A stretch of 63,586 bases of DNA, counting the filler, from Nemertoderma westbladi (taxonomy: Eukaryota > Animalia > Xenacoelomorpha): assembly GCA_032718475.1 (NCBI GenBank). It is 3 parts of 3 records of this genome, joined end to end, with 100 filler letters (N's around TTAATTAATTAA, not from the genome) between each part and the next. Parts side by side here need not be neighbours in the genome. Positions count along the whole stretch, not along the records: positions 45,676 to 63,586 come from JAUCBJ010000469.1; 2 more parts are not named here. The stretch is one strand, 5' to 3'. This document shows positions 45,576 to 58,777 of the stretch, one piece after another (the first letter of the stretch is position 1; each line of letters begins with the position of its first letter). Made by a program: the position numbers and the translations under genes. The notes under the pieces are model-generated. The model did not search any database. It had not been told where the DNA came from and saw only the letters and a list, made by a program, of their open reading frames with translations.

Positions 45576-45675
45576 NNNNNNNNNNNNNNNNNNNNNNNNN
45601 NNNNNNNNNNNNNNNNNNNTTAATTAATTAANNNNNNNNNNNNNNNNNNNNNNNNNNNNNNNNNNNNNNNNNNNN
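45576..45675. other. Artificial contig-joining spacer
   Basis: 44 N + TTAATTAATTAA + 44 N. Confidence 0.97.
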
Positions 45676-47839
45676 ATATCATACAGCAGCATTTGAGGTG
45701 ATAAAAAATGTTATGTCAAACCCAGCCATTCTGAAACCTTTCGATATCAACCTACCGACTGCTTTAAACACAGACGCATCTAGAGACGGGTTAGGCTACA
45801 CTTTGACCCAGAAACATCCAGATGGCTGGCACTTAGTTTCTTGTGGCAGCCGATTCATCACACCTACAGAGTGCAACTGGGCTGTATGTGAACTAGAACT
45901 TCTAGCCGTAGTTTGGGGAGTCAAGAAGTGCAGAGTATTTCTTCAAGGCTGTCCATCATTCACAGTAAAAACAGATCATAAGCCACTGCGGTCAATAATA
46001 AATGACAAACTCTTGCATGTCATTGAAAATCCACGCTTACAACGTCTCAAGGAAAAACTTTGTGGATATAATATCAAAGCCGAATGGATACCTGGAAAGG
46101 ATAATAAATTTGCTGACGCGCTTTCCAGATCTCCGGTTAGCAACCCAACTGAGGAGGATATTACCCAATCTGAAACTATTGCATTACATGTTATGACCAT
46201 TATCTCCTCTCACAGCAATAATATTGACCCTAGTCATGAAATGTTATACACAGCCGCAAATGGTGATAAAGAATATGAGCTTCTACGATCCTCAATCATA
46301 TCGGGTTCCAAAAAAGCCACACCATCTGAACTCTCACTATATAAAAACCTAATTAAATAATTTTCCATCCAGGACGACCTTGTCATTTATGGCAAACGAA
46401 TAGTTGTCCCGATTCTAGCCCGCAAAGAAATTCTTCATCGTCTACATTCCTCCCACCAAGGATATCGCCGTACATGGGAGCGCGCTCACCAATTATATTT
46501 CTGGCCAGGCATACGTTCTGATATAAAAAATATTATAGATAATTGTGAAACTTGTCAATGTCACAGACCCAGCCAAACCCAAGAGCCAATGATATTACAG
46601 GATCCTATACCAAAACGCCCCTTTGAGCAAGCATCATCGGATCTATTTAGCCATGGCGGAAATACGTTTATGGTCTATGTTGACAGATATAGCGGGTGGC
46701 CTAATGTTTACCATTTCGGAAAATTTACTCCTTCAACATATCAAGTAAAAACAATCATTATGGAATACTTCTGTGAAACCGGCGTACCTATTCTGCTCCG
46801 TACTGATGGTGGACCGCAGTATTCCTCTATTGAGTTTGCCAATTTTTGTAAAAACTGGAACGTAAAACATGTTAGTAGCAGTGCCTACTATCCGCAAAGC
46901 AATGGGCACGCAGAGTCAGCAGTAAAAGCTATTAAAGGACTTGTAATAAAGAATACATCAACTAATGGCACATTTGATAAGGCCGATTTCTTAGAAGGAC
47001 TTTTGGAATGGCGTAATACACCACGTGATGCACACCATCCATCGCCATCTATAATGCTATTTGGACGCCAAACCCGCACACGTCTACCCATAAGTCGTGC
47101 TGCACTTAATACTTATTGGGGCAGTTCCATGGACAAAATAGATGAACATGTTGCTGCAGCTAGAAGACAGAAAGACATAGCTGCAAAGTCTCGTTATGAC
47201 GAACACTCGCACAGCTTACAACCTATCTCAGTAGGTACCACTGTTTATGTACAACACCCTGTCAGTCGCTTATGGGACAGAATTGGAAAAGTCACAGATG
47301 TTCGTGAGGGAGGTAGAAGCTATTATGTTTTATTTCCTTCTGGACGAACAACTTTACGCAACAGACGTTTCTTGCGACCAACACCTACTCAAAGACAATG
47401 CTCTGAAAATATACCTCATAAAATAGAGACAAAGATATTTCGACGATCCACACGAATATCTAGACCTCCGGCGAGACTGGGTATCGAACATTAACCGACA
47501 TTCCTGGACAATAAACTTGATTAACTCATACACAAAATATAATCGATCATTTTCATGAATTCAAAGATCTAGGAGGGGCATGTTCGGTGTCTTGTAGCAA
47601 TGATTACTATATTGCTCATAGAATATTGGTTACAGGATTTAAATGTACTAATTGTAATTGTTTGTTTAACAGAAATAAACTCTACTGGTGGTGGGTTTTA
47701 TATAAGCTGTTTGAACTAGATGTATCATTGCATATACTGGGTTACGGTTATTGTTGAGAGTCTTTTTAGATTATATTATTTTCTGTTCATTGGTAAAATT
47801 AATATCTTACATTTAATATTATTTTAACAAGCCTGAACA
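45676..47839 (+). mobile_element. 3' part of a Ty3/Gypsy element: RNase H, integrase, PPT and 3' LTR
   Basis: TDASRDGLG, ELELLAVVW, TDHKPL, ADALSR; one in-frame TAA at 46358-46360; HSSH...CETC zinc domain; integrase core SDLF...TDGGPQY...SNGHAE; PPT AGGAGGGGCA; LTR TGTTC...GAACA at 47581-47839. Confidence 0.94.
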
Positions 47840-48500
47840 CGTGCTACTGTAGCTATATGGGGTAGGTAGGCTCCAGTTAGTGTGCGTGCTACTGTAGCTA
47901 TATGGGGTAGGTAGGCTCCAGTTAGTGTGCGTGCTACTGTAGCTATATGGGGTAGGTAGGCTCCAGTTAGTGTGCGTGCTACTGTAGCTATATGGGGTAG
48001 GTAGGCTCCAGTTAGTGTGCGTGCTACTGTAGCTATATGGGGTAGGTAGGCTCCAGTTAGTATGCGTGCTACTGTAGCTATATGCGGTAGGTAGGCTCCA
48101 GTTAGTATGCGTGCTACTGTAGCTATATGGGGTAGGTAGTCTCCAGTTAGTATGCGTGCTATTGTAGCTATATGGGGTAGGTAGGCTCCAGTTAGTGTGC
48201 GTGCTACTGTAGCTATATGGGGTTGGTAGGCTCCAGTTAGTATGCGTGCTACTGTAGCTATATGGGGTTGGTAGGCTCCAGTTAGTATGCGTGCTACTGT
48301 AGCTATATGGGGTAGGTAGGCTCCAGTTAGTGTGCGTGCTACTGTAGCTATATGGGGTAGGTAGGCTCCAGTTAGTGTGCGTGCTACTGTAGCTATATGG
48401 GGTAGGTAGGCTCCAGTTAGTATGCGTGCTACTGTAGCTATATGGGGTAGGTAGGCTCCAGTTAGTATGCGTGCTACTGTAGCTATATGGGGTTGGTAGG
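47840..48500. repeat. 45-bp minisatellite (~14-15 copies)
   Basis: Unit GTGCTACTGTAGCTATATGGGGTAGGTAGGCTCCAGTTAGT(G/A)TGC. Confidence 0.96.
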
Positions 48501-51500
48501 CTCCAGTTTGTATGCGGTAGGTAGGCTCCAGTTTGTATGCGGTTGGTAGGCTCCAGTTCGTATGCGGTAGGTAGGCTCCAGTTTGTATGCGGTAGGTAGG
48601 CTCCACTTTGTAGGCGGTAGGTAGGCTCCAGTTTGTATGCGGTTGGTAGGCTCCAGTTTGTATGCGGTTGGTAGGCTCCAGATTGTATGCGGTTGGTAGG
48701 CTCCAGTTTGTATGCGGTAGGTAGGCTCCAGTTTGTATGCGGTAGGTAGGCTCCAGTTTGTATGCGGTTGGTAGGCTCCAGTTTGTATGCGGTTGGTAGG
48801 CTCCAGTTTGTATGCGGTTGATAGGCTCCAGTTTGTATGCGGTTGGTAGGCTCCAGTTTGTATACGGTAGGTAGGCTCCAGTTTGTATGCGGTAGGTAGG
48901 CTCCAGTTTGTATGCGGTTGTTAGGCTCCAGTTTGTATGCGGTTGGTAGGCTCCAGTTTGTATACGGTTGGTAGGCTCAAGTTTGTATGCGGTTGGTAGG
49001 CTCCAGTTTGTATGCGGTAGGTAGGCTCCAGTTTGTATGCGGTAAGTAGGCTCCAGTTTGTATGCGGTAGGTAGGCTCCAGTTTGTATGCGGTTGGTAGG
49101 CCCCAGTTTGTATTCGGTTGGTAGGCTCCAGTTTATATGCGGTAGGTAGGCTCCAGTTTGTATGCGGTAGGTAGGCTCCAGTTTGTATGAGGTTGGTAGG
49201 CTCCAGTTTGTATGCGGTTGGTAGTCTCCAGTTTGTATGCGGTTGGTAGGCTCCAGTTTGTATGTGGTTGGTAGGCTCCAGTTTGTATGCGGTAGGTAGG
49301 CTCCAGTTTGTATGCGGTAAGTAGGCTCCAGTTTGTATGCGGTAGGTAGGCTCTAGTTTGTATGTGGTTGGTAGGCTCCAGTTTGTATGCGGTTTGTAGG
49401 CTCCAATTTGTATGCGGTTGGTAGGCTCCAGTTTGTGTGCGGTAGGTAGGCTCCAGTTTGTATGCGGTTGGTAGGCTCCAGTTTGTATGCGGTTGGTAGC
49501 TATATGCGGTTGGTAGGTTCCAGTTTGTACGCGGTTGGTAGGCTCCAGTTTGTATGCGGTTGGTAGGTTCCAGTTTGTACGCGGTTGGTAGGCTCCAGTT
49601 TGTATGCCGTTGGTAGGCTCCAGTTTGTATGCGGTTGGTAGGCTCCAGTTTGTATGCGGGTGGTAGCTATATGCGGTTGGTAGGTTCCAGTTTGTATGCG
49701 GTTGGTAGGCTCCAGTTTGTATGTGGTTGGTAGGCTCCAGTTTGTATGCGGTAGGTAGGCTCCAGTTTGTATGCGGTAAGTAGGCTCCAGTTTGTATGCG
49801 GTAGGTAGGCTCCAGTTTGTATGTGGTTGGTAGGCTCCAGTTTGTATGCGGTTTGTAGGCTCCAATTTGTATGCGGTTGGTAGGCTCCAGTTTGTATGCG
49901 GTAGGTAGGCTCCAGTTTGTATGCGGTTGGTAGGCTCCAGTTTGTATGCGGTTGGTAGCTATATGCGGTTGGTAGGTTCCAGTTTGTACGCGGTTGGTAG
50001 GCTCCAGTTTGTATGCGGTTGGTAGGTTCCAGTTTGTACGCGGTTGGTAGGCTCCAGTTTGTATGCGGTTGGTAGGCTCCAGTTTGTATGCGGTTGGTAG
50101 GCTCCAGTTTGTATGCGGGTGGTAGCTATATGCGGTTGGTAGGTTCCAGTTTGTATGCGGTTGGTAGACTCCAGTTTGTATGCGGTTGGTAGGCTCCAGT
50201 TTGTATGCGGTTGGTAGGTTACAGTTTGTATGCGGTTGGTAGGCTCCAGTTTGTATGCGGTTGCGGTTGGTAGGCTCCACTTTGTATGCGGTTGGTAGGC
50301 TCTTTGTATGCGGTTGGTAGGCTCCAGTTTGTATGCGGTTAGTAAGCTCCAGTTTGTATGCTGTTGGTAGGTTCCAGTTTGTATGCGGTTGGTAGCTATA
50401 TGCGGTTGGTAGCTATATGCGGGTGGTAGGTTCCAGTTTGTATGCGGTTGGTAGCTATATGCGGGTGGTAGGTTCCAGTTTGTATGCGGTTGGTAGGCTC
50501 CAGTTTGTATGAGGTTGGTAGGCTCCAGTTTGTATGCTGTTGATAGGCTCCAGTTTGTATGCGGTTGGTAGCTATATGCGGGTGGTAGGTTCCAGTTTGT
50601 ATGCGGTTGGTAGGCTCCAGTTTGTATGCGGTTGGTAGGCTCCAGTTTGTATGCTGTTGGTAGGCTCCAGTTTGTATGCGGTTGGTAGGCTCCAGTTTGT
50701 ATGCTGTTGGTAGGCTCTAGTTTGTATGCGGTTGGTAGGCTCCAGTTTGTATGCTGTTGGTAGGCTCCAGTTTGTATGCTGTTGGTAGGCTCCAGTTTGT
50801 ATGCTGTTGGTAGGCTCCAGTTCGTATGCGGTTGGTAGCTATATGCGGGTGGTAGGCTCCAGTTTGTATGCGGTTGGTAGGCTCCAGTTGGTATGCGGTT
50901 GGTAGGCTCCAGTTTGTATGCGGTTGGTAGGCTCCAGTTTGTATGCTGTTGGTAGGCTCTAGTTTGTATGAGGTTGGTAGGCTCCAGTTTGTATGCTGTT
51001 GGTAGGCTCCAGTTTGTATGCTGTTGGTAGGCTCCAGTTTGTATGCGGTTGGTAGCTATATGCGGGTGGTAGGCTCCAGTTTGTATGCGGTTGGTAGGCT
51101 CCAGTTGGTATGTGGTTGGTAGGCTCCAGTTTGTATGCGGTTGGTAGCTATATGCGGGTGGTAGGTTCCAGTTTGTATGCGGTTGGTAGGCTCCAATTTG
51201 TATGCTGTTGGTAGGCTCCAGTTTGTATGCTGTTGGTAGGCTCCAGTTTGTATGCGGTAGGTAGGCTCCAGTTTGTATGCGGTAAGTAGGCTCCAGTTTG
51301 TATGCGGTAGGTAGGCTTTAGTTTGTATGTGGTTGGTAGGCTCCAGTTTGTATGCGGTTTTTAGGCTCCAATTTGTATGCGGTTGGTAGGCTCCAGTTTG
51401 TATGCGGTAGGTAGGCTCCAGTTTGTATGCGGTTGGTAGGCTCCAGTTTGTATGCGGTTGGTAGCTATATGCGGTTGGTAGGTTCCAGTTTGTACGCGGT

Positions 51501-53735
51501 TGGTAGGCTCCAGTTTGTATGCGGTTGGTAGGTTCCAGTTTGTACGCGGTTGGTAGGCTCCAGTTTGTATGCGGTTGGTAGGTTCCAGTTTGTATGCTGT
51601 TGGTAGGCTCTAGTTTGTATGCGGTTGGTAGGCTCCAGTTTGTATGCTGTTGGTAGGCTCCAGTTTGTATGCGGTTGGTAGGCTCCAGTTTGTATGCTGT
51701 TGGTAGGCTCCAGTTTGTATGCTGTTGGTAGGCTCCAGTTTGTATGCTGTTGGTAGGCTCCAGTTCGTATGCGGTTGGTAGCTATATGCGGGTGGTAGGC
51801 TCCAGTTTGTATGCGGTTGGTAGGCTCCAGTTGGTATGCGGTTGGTAGGCTCCAGTTTGTATGCGGTTGGTAGGCTCCAGTTTGTATGCTGTTGGTAGGC
51901 TCTAGTTTATATGAGGTTGGTAGGCTCCAGTTTGTATGCTGTTGGTAGGCTCCAGTTTGTATGCTGTTGGTAGGCTCCAGTTTGTATGCGGTTAGTAGCT
52001 ATATGCGGGTGGTAGGCTCCAGTTTGTATGCGGTTGGTAGGCTCCAGTTGGTATTCGGTTGGTAGGCTCCAGTTTGTATGCGGTTGGTAGCTATATGCGG
52101 GTGGTAGGTTCCAGTTTGTATGCGGTTGGTAGGCTCCAATTTGTATGCTGTTGGTAGGCTCCAGTTTGTATGCTGTTGGTAGGCTCCAGTTTGTATGCTG
52201 TTGGTAGGCTCCAGTTTGTATGCTGTTGGTAGGCTCCAGTTTGTATGCGGTTGGTAGCTATATGCGGGTGGTAGGTTCCAGTTTGTATGCGGTTGGTAGG
52301 CTCCAATTTGTATGCTGTTGGTAGGCTCCAGTTTGTATGCTGTTGGTAAGCTCCAGTTTGTATGCTGTTGGTAGGATCCAGTTTGTATGCTGTTAGTAGG
52401 CTCCAGTTTGTATGCTGTTGGTAGGTTTCCAGTTTGTATGCGGTTGGTAGCTATATGCGGTTGGTAGGTTCCAGTTTGTATGCGGTTGGTAGCTATATGC
52501 GGTTGGTAGATTCCAGTTTGTATGCGTTTGGTAGGCTCCAGTTTGTATGCGGTAGGTAGGCTCTTTGTATGCGGTTGGTAGGCTCTTTGTATGCGGTTGG
52601 TAGGTTCCAGTTTGTATGCGGTTGGTAGCTATATGCGGTTGGCTGGTTCCAGTTTGTATGCGGTTGGTAGCTATATGCGGTTGGTAGATTCCAGTTTGTA
52701 TGCGTTTGGTAAGCTCCAGTTTGTATGCGGTAGGTAGGCTCTTTGTATGCGGTTGGTAGGCTCCAGTTTGTATGCTGTTGGTAGGCTCCAGTTTGTATGC
52801 GGTAGGTAGGCTCCAATTTGTATGCGGTTGGTAAGCTCCAGTTTGTATGCTGTTTGTAGGCTCCAGTTTGTATGCTGTTGGTAGCTATATGCGGTTGGTA
52901 GGTTCCAGTTTGTATGCGGTTGGTAGGCTCCAGTTTGTATGCGGTAGGTAGGCTCCAGTTTGTATGCGGTTGGGGCTGGTAGGCTCCAGTTTGTATGCGG
53001 TAGGTAGGCTCCAGTTTGTATGCGGTTGGGGCTGGTAGGCTCCAGTTTGTATGCGGTAGGTAGGCTCCAGTTTGTATGCGGTTGGGGCTGGTAGGCTCCA
53101 GTTTGTATGCGGTTGGTAGGCTCCAGTTTGTATGCTGTTGGGGCTGGTAGGCTCCAGTTTGTATGCGGTTGGGGCTGGTAGGCTCCAGTTTGTATGCGGT
53201 TGGTAGGCTCCAGTTTGTATGCGGTTGGGGCTGGTAGGCTCCAGTTTGTATGCGGTTGGTAGCTATATTAGGTTGGTAGGATTCAGTTTGTATGCGGTTG
53301 GTAGGCTCCAGTTTGTATGCTGTTGGTAGGCTCCAGTTTGTATGCGGTTGCAAGGCTCCAGTTTGTATGCGGTTGGTAGCTACATTCGGTTGGTAGGATT
53401 CAGTTTGTATGCGGCTGGAAGGCTCCAGTTTGTAAGCGGTAGGTAGGCTCCAGTTTGTATGCGGTTGCGGCTGGAAGGCTCCAGTTTGTATGCGGCTGGT
53501 AGGCTCCAGTTTGTATGCGGTTGGGGCTAGTAGGCTCCAGTTTGTATGCGGTTGGTAGGCTCCAGTTTATATGCTGCTGGTAGGCTCCAGTTTGTATGCG
53601 GTAGGTAGGCTCCAGTTTGTATGCGGTTGGGGCTGGTAGGCTCCAGTTTGTATGCGGTTGGTAGGCTCCAGTTTGTATGCTGTTGGTAGGCTCCAGTTTG
53701 TATGCTGTTGGTAGGCTCCAGTTTATATGCGGTTG
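48500..53735. repeat. 25-bp minisatellite array (~5.2 kb) with interspersed 17-, 21- and 31-bp variants
   Basis: Unit GCTCCAGTTTGTATGCGGTTGGTAG; variant CTATATGCGGTTGGTAG and others. Confidence 0.96.
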
Positions 53736-53764
53736 TAATAAATTTACTTCTTCGATTATTATAG

Positions 53765-56700
53765 ATTATCTGGAGGCCGATTGTTTGGGGCTTTGCTCTT
53801 CAATTTATATTCGGTTTGATAATTCTTCGGACTCATCCGGGATTTGTCGCCTTTAAGTTTCTAGGCGATCAGGTCACTGCATTCCTCAAATACGGGGACG
53901 TTGGCACCAAGTTCGTTACCGGGCCATTGTTCGATCAAAATATATTTATAATAAGTGTGAGTCAAATCAATTACAACATACCTCATTGTCACAGTTGTTA
54001 ATTCTATAGAGAGTTTACTTTTCAATGAATCTAAACATAATACTTTTAATTAATTTTCCGTAGGTAGACATTATTTTCTTTGTCTTTACATACACTGACA
54101 TTACAAATTATTGTAAGTAATTCAATTATATCTACAGAATTTTGCTGCAGCTAACGGTCTTACACGGCAGTCTGTCATATAGTTTGACAAAACATGTATA
54201 AATGCCTTTCTCAGATAGATATTGGTTTGGTTTGGTATAAAGTGAATATATCTGTCCGCAGTGTGGCTGTGTGCCGATAAAAATATTATAATACTAGCTA
54301 CGCCAAATTAGCTGACATTACCATCGCAAGATAATCCCTGAATGACTGGGAGAGAATTTTATACGAAAATAAATGTTAAAAGGCAAACATTTTCAACTTT
54401 GAAGCGATATCAATTTCTAATCTAAAATGTGTAAAATTCCACAAACTCAAACGCCACCATAAATATAAGCTAACTTGTTTATAACATAATTTATGTCATT
54501 TTTACAATTATTTATAAAGCAACTAATATAAATTGAGCAGTTTCTATCACTTATAATATATATACAATCATATTGTAATGATACAATTTTGGAATAAAAC
54601 TACATACATACTTGTTGCAAAAGTACTTTACAGTGTTCTGTTTAGATTTTTCTTCATTCGTTTTGTTTTTCTTTATTCCTTTAATTTTTCTTTATTCGTT
54701 TAATTTTTCTTTATTCCTTTAAATTTTCTTTATTCTTTTTATTTTTCATTATTCTTTTTATTTTTCTTAATTCGTTTTATATTTCTTTATATTATTTTTA
54801 TTTTTATTTTTCTTTATTCGTTTTATTTTTTCGTTTTATTTTTCTTTATTCGTTTTATTTTTATTTATTCGCTAGTTTTCTTTATTCGTTTTATTTTTTC
54901 GTTTTATTTTTCTTTATTAGTTTTATTTTTTTTTATTAGTTTTATTTTTCTTTATTCGTTTTATTTGTCTTTATTCGTTTTATTTGTCTTTATTCGTTTT
55001 ATTTTTCTTTATTCGTTTTATTTTTTTTATTCAGGCTCTATTTGTAATATTCTTCTTCTCCTCAATGATATCGATCCTGTACCGTCTGGGCTGGATGCAG
55101 ATGGTGATCGGGAAAATAGCATGGTTAATGCAGTTCACCATGGGTACATCAGCAGCTGAGTCTCTCAGTGCGGCTGGTAATATATTTGTAGGACAGGTAA
55201 GCAAGTAAGGCAGATACCATGTCATGACAGTATAATCATCTACTCCCCTACATATGTGGTGTTCAGAATAAAACTGAAACAATTAATCTTTAAATTACAC
55301 ATTTCTAGCTTCGTTTTAATCTTAAATAAACTATTAGTTTTCAAACCTATCATTTTTTTAATGTTCTAATTCAAATAATTTTTGAATTACCGTAAAGAAG
55401 CAACCCCTTATACTTATACGCCCGTTTATAATAAGAAATGAGTCTGGAAGTTCAGTATAACGATTGAATCGCCTAATTTAAGATAGCAACTAGGAGTTAT
55501 TCTAAATAATGTACTGTATGTCTCTTTCAGACGGAAGCTCCGTTACTAATTAGACCGTTTATAGACAAAATGACAATGTCTGAACTCCATGCTGTAATGA
55601 CTGGGGGTTTCGCAACAATAGCTGGTGGTGTTCTCGCTGCATATATTAGTAAGTTATGTAATATTGTACAGACATTGTGACAATTATTGTGATTTCGGTG
55701 TCGGACATAAACTTCAAAAGTTCGGCGATATTCTTTAGCCCGTTTTCCACTGTAACCAGTCGTTTTAAGATTTCGTGCGAGTTCTTATGTCAAATTTACT
55801 ACAGCCCTATCGTGCTCCACTGCTAAGACACGTCATTTGTTAAGGTTGTAGGGTATCCTAAGGTTTTCTTTTAATGTTTTACTATAAAACAAAATGTACG
55901 GTACCTTTCTGAGAGAACTCTTAAATAAAATTTCCTGAAATTTTGCAGGTAGCTGTATCAACCATTCGGACAAGAGCAAGACTAAAAAAAATTAAAAATT
56001 TCAAAACAATTTTTTGTTTACGGTAATTTTTGTAAACAATGCCCGGTTTTTTACTAAAATCTCGAAATTTTAACAACTGTTTTCTTAATAACCAACCAAA
56101 AAATTCAACCAACAAAATTCTAAGTCATGCATATGCCAATCGTTTTTGTGAACATTTCCTAAAAATTTCATGAGATTTCAACCAGTAGTTCCTCAGAAAA
56201 GTGTACCTTTGTGTCTAAAAAACACAAAAAATTATTTTTCGAGAAAAAGACAATCAAAGTTTTCAAAGCTTCCCGCCATTTTTAATAAAAAACGAGGGAG
56301 TATTCAAACTGGTTGTAAAAATAAATAAGTACACCACCTGCTTAAAAATTCCGTTATAGGGGTTTTCCGTAGTGATTTCATTTCTGATGTCAGTTTTTGA
56401 GTTTGACCAAATCTAGACTTTCTGTCTGTCGGTCTGTCTGTCTGTCAGTTTCGCAGACTTTTCAGATAGACCGACCGACTGACCTTTGGGCACCATAGGT
56501 TTATCCTATGCCTATAAAAACCCGATTTATGTAATCTTCGAAAAATTTAGATCTTAAATAATAGAAAAAAAATTTTCCAAAATTTTTTTTTTTAATATTG
56601 TTAGGGTACAACCTACAACCTACAACCTTAAAAAATATAAGAGGCGTCTTACATTTATTACATATTTCTACCAACATTCACATAGTATTAGTTATCCTTT

Positions 56701-58681
56701 ATTATTTATTATTTAATATTATACATTATTTATTACATATATTCCAATCACAGTATCCAACCAGCCTGCCATAAGTAATGAGTCGTAAGTCAAAAGATGG
56801 AACATGGGACATATAATCAGTTTCGACCCATGGGTTATAACCTTTCAACTTACGACTACCATTGAAACCAATGTGTTCCATGATTTATTTTGACTTATGA
56901 CTTACGACATATGACTTGACAGTGGACCACGGAAAGAAAGTTATTGACTGCCTACATCTGATCTACTACTACTACTACTAGGATCGGCATGCTGCCGAGA
57001 CACCTCAATGTTATCTGGTTGGAGATGTGTGCATTGTACTTGACACAATGAACCCGGCGTGGCATTCTTGTGAATGTACCATCCAGAGATTTGGTGTCCT
57101 CAGCAGTTAGAGCCCAGCATAGACTCCCATAGAGGAGTACTGGAACTACTGCTGCTCTAAATAATCGGACCTTAAGATTCCGATTAATTATATGTGATAT
57201 ACTGGAAAGCCTTCAAGGCTGCCCATGCCTTTCCCTTACGTATTCGAAGATCGAAGGTCCTCACCTGACTTCCGGATCCATTATCCCAGGTAACAGAAGT
57301 CGTTATGCTCATCCGGTCAGAGACTTGCTTAGGACTTTCAAAGTTAATTGTCGAAATTGGTCTTTTTGGAGTTAATAAAAAGACCACCACTAGAAGCAGC
57401 CTGTTCTAAGTCATCAGCAAAGTCTAGATCAGTTAGGTACTTGGCAGGAATTCCTCGACTTCCTGAACCAGTACGTGGAGTTACAATCACCCCATCATCA
57501 TTATGATGATCTAAGGACATGCGTAGAACATAGTCAACCACAATTATGAACAAGAATGGCGCAAGTGTGTCTCCTTGGAGGACTCCCCATAACACTTCAA
57601 ATGATTCTGTGTCACCGTCAACAGTAGACACAAATGTTGTCGAACTATCGTATACTAATCTGATTGCTGCAATAATTTCATCAGGAATCACATATAATGA
57701 AAGTATGCTGAACATACGTGAGCGAGAAACTGAATCAAAGGCCGTGAAGAAGTCAACAAAGTTAACAGCTAAATGCCTGTCTTTCTTTTTTGATAACTTT
57801 TCAATTATCCTTCTACGTACCAAAATTACGACATGACTTGTCAGTGGACCACGGAAAGAGAAAGTTATTGACTGCCTACTTCTGTTCAAAAGCACAATGC
57901 AAGGTCATATACATGGAGATACCGATATAATGTTCATTGTTCAAGCCTTTTACTCACGTTTTATTTCCAACTCAACAGGTTTTGGAATTGACCCAACACA
58001 TTTGCTTGGAGCCTCTGTAATGTCCGCTCCAGCTGCTCTGGCCGTTTCCAAACTGTTTTATCCCGAAACAGAAAAAAGTGAAACACAAAAAGCGGATAAC
58101 ATAAAAATTTCACTCGGGTAAGATATTATATTTCTATATATTACATATTACATACGATATTACATTTAATTTGTCTATATATATAAATATATATAATAAT
58201 TAATAATTATTAATTAATAAATAATAATTTCGAGTAAATTGGATAAAAAAAGTTCTAAATTGTTACTGTTTTTTTTAATAATACTTTACGAGTATTCACA
58301 CAAAACATGAATTAATTTATCTGCAATCAGTCATTCCCTTGATTATCTTTCAGAGAGGAGAGAAACTTCATAGAAGCTGCTGCGAATGGAGCGTGTCAGG
58401 CCATCACCTTGGTACTCAACATCACAGCGAACCTCGTTGCCTTCCTGGCCATCCTTGCATTTATCGACGCTATCCTTAGCTTCTTTGGGGGTATGGTCGA
58501 CTACCCGGAACTCTCCTTCTCCATTATTTGTTCGTATGTTTTGATGCCGATTAGTTTTATGATGGGGGTCCCGTGGCAGGACGCCGGGATCGTTGCCGAG
58601 CTCGTCGGACTGAAAACATTCGCCAACGAGTTCGTCGCTTACAAGCAGTTGGCCGGCTATATGGAGGAAGGTCGTTTAACT
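53765..58681 (+). CDS. SLC28/CNT concentrative nucleoside transporter, internal exons 53765-53956, 55035-55196, 55531-55648, 57979-58117, 58354-58681 (partial at both ends)
   Basis: All exons are AG/GT-bounded and phase-consistent (192, 162, 118, 139, 328 nt); motifs [91 protein letters not shown]. The paralog cannot be assigned by eye. Confidence 0.95.
54645..55030. repeat. T-rich low-complexity repeat abutting a splice acceptor
   Basis: Degenerate TTTATTCGTTTTATTTTTC units ending at the 55035 exon. Confidence 0.85.
55844..56627. mobile_element. Non-autonomous DNA transposon with TTAA target duplication (Kolobok-like)
   Basis: TTAA|GGTTGTAGG at 55840-55852 and CCTACAACC|TTAA at 56619-56631. 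GG termini with a TTAA TSD fit Kolobok better than piggyBac. Confidence 0.7.
56961..57825 (-). mobile_element. 5'-truncated, internally deleted RTE-type LINE in an SLC28 intron
   Basis: RT ORF 57344-57895 ([29 protein letters not shown]); tail reads (CTA)n on the + strand; flanked by ~59-bp direct repeats at 56902-56960 and 57826-57884. Confidence 0.9.
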
Positions 58682-58777
58682 GTAAGTCACTATTATTTAT
58701 TGAATGGCAAATTTTGTAGAAAATATATTCCGCGTTATTTTACATATACTGTATACCTTACGTATTAAATAATAATT

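Noticed and set aside
47824-53353. Long repetitive ORFs (818, 121, 71, 286 aa) as a repeat protein
   Set aside because: They are translations of 45/25-bp minisatellites; the 25-bp unit cycles through all frames and lacks stops by composition.
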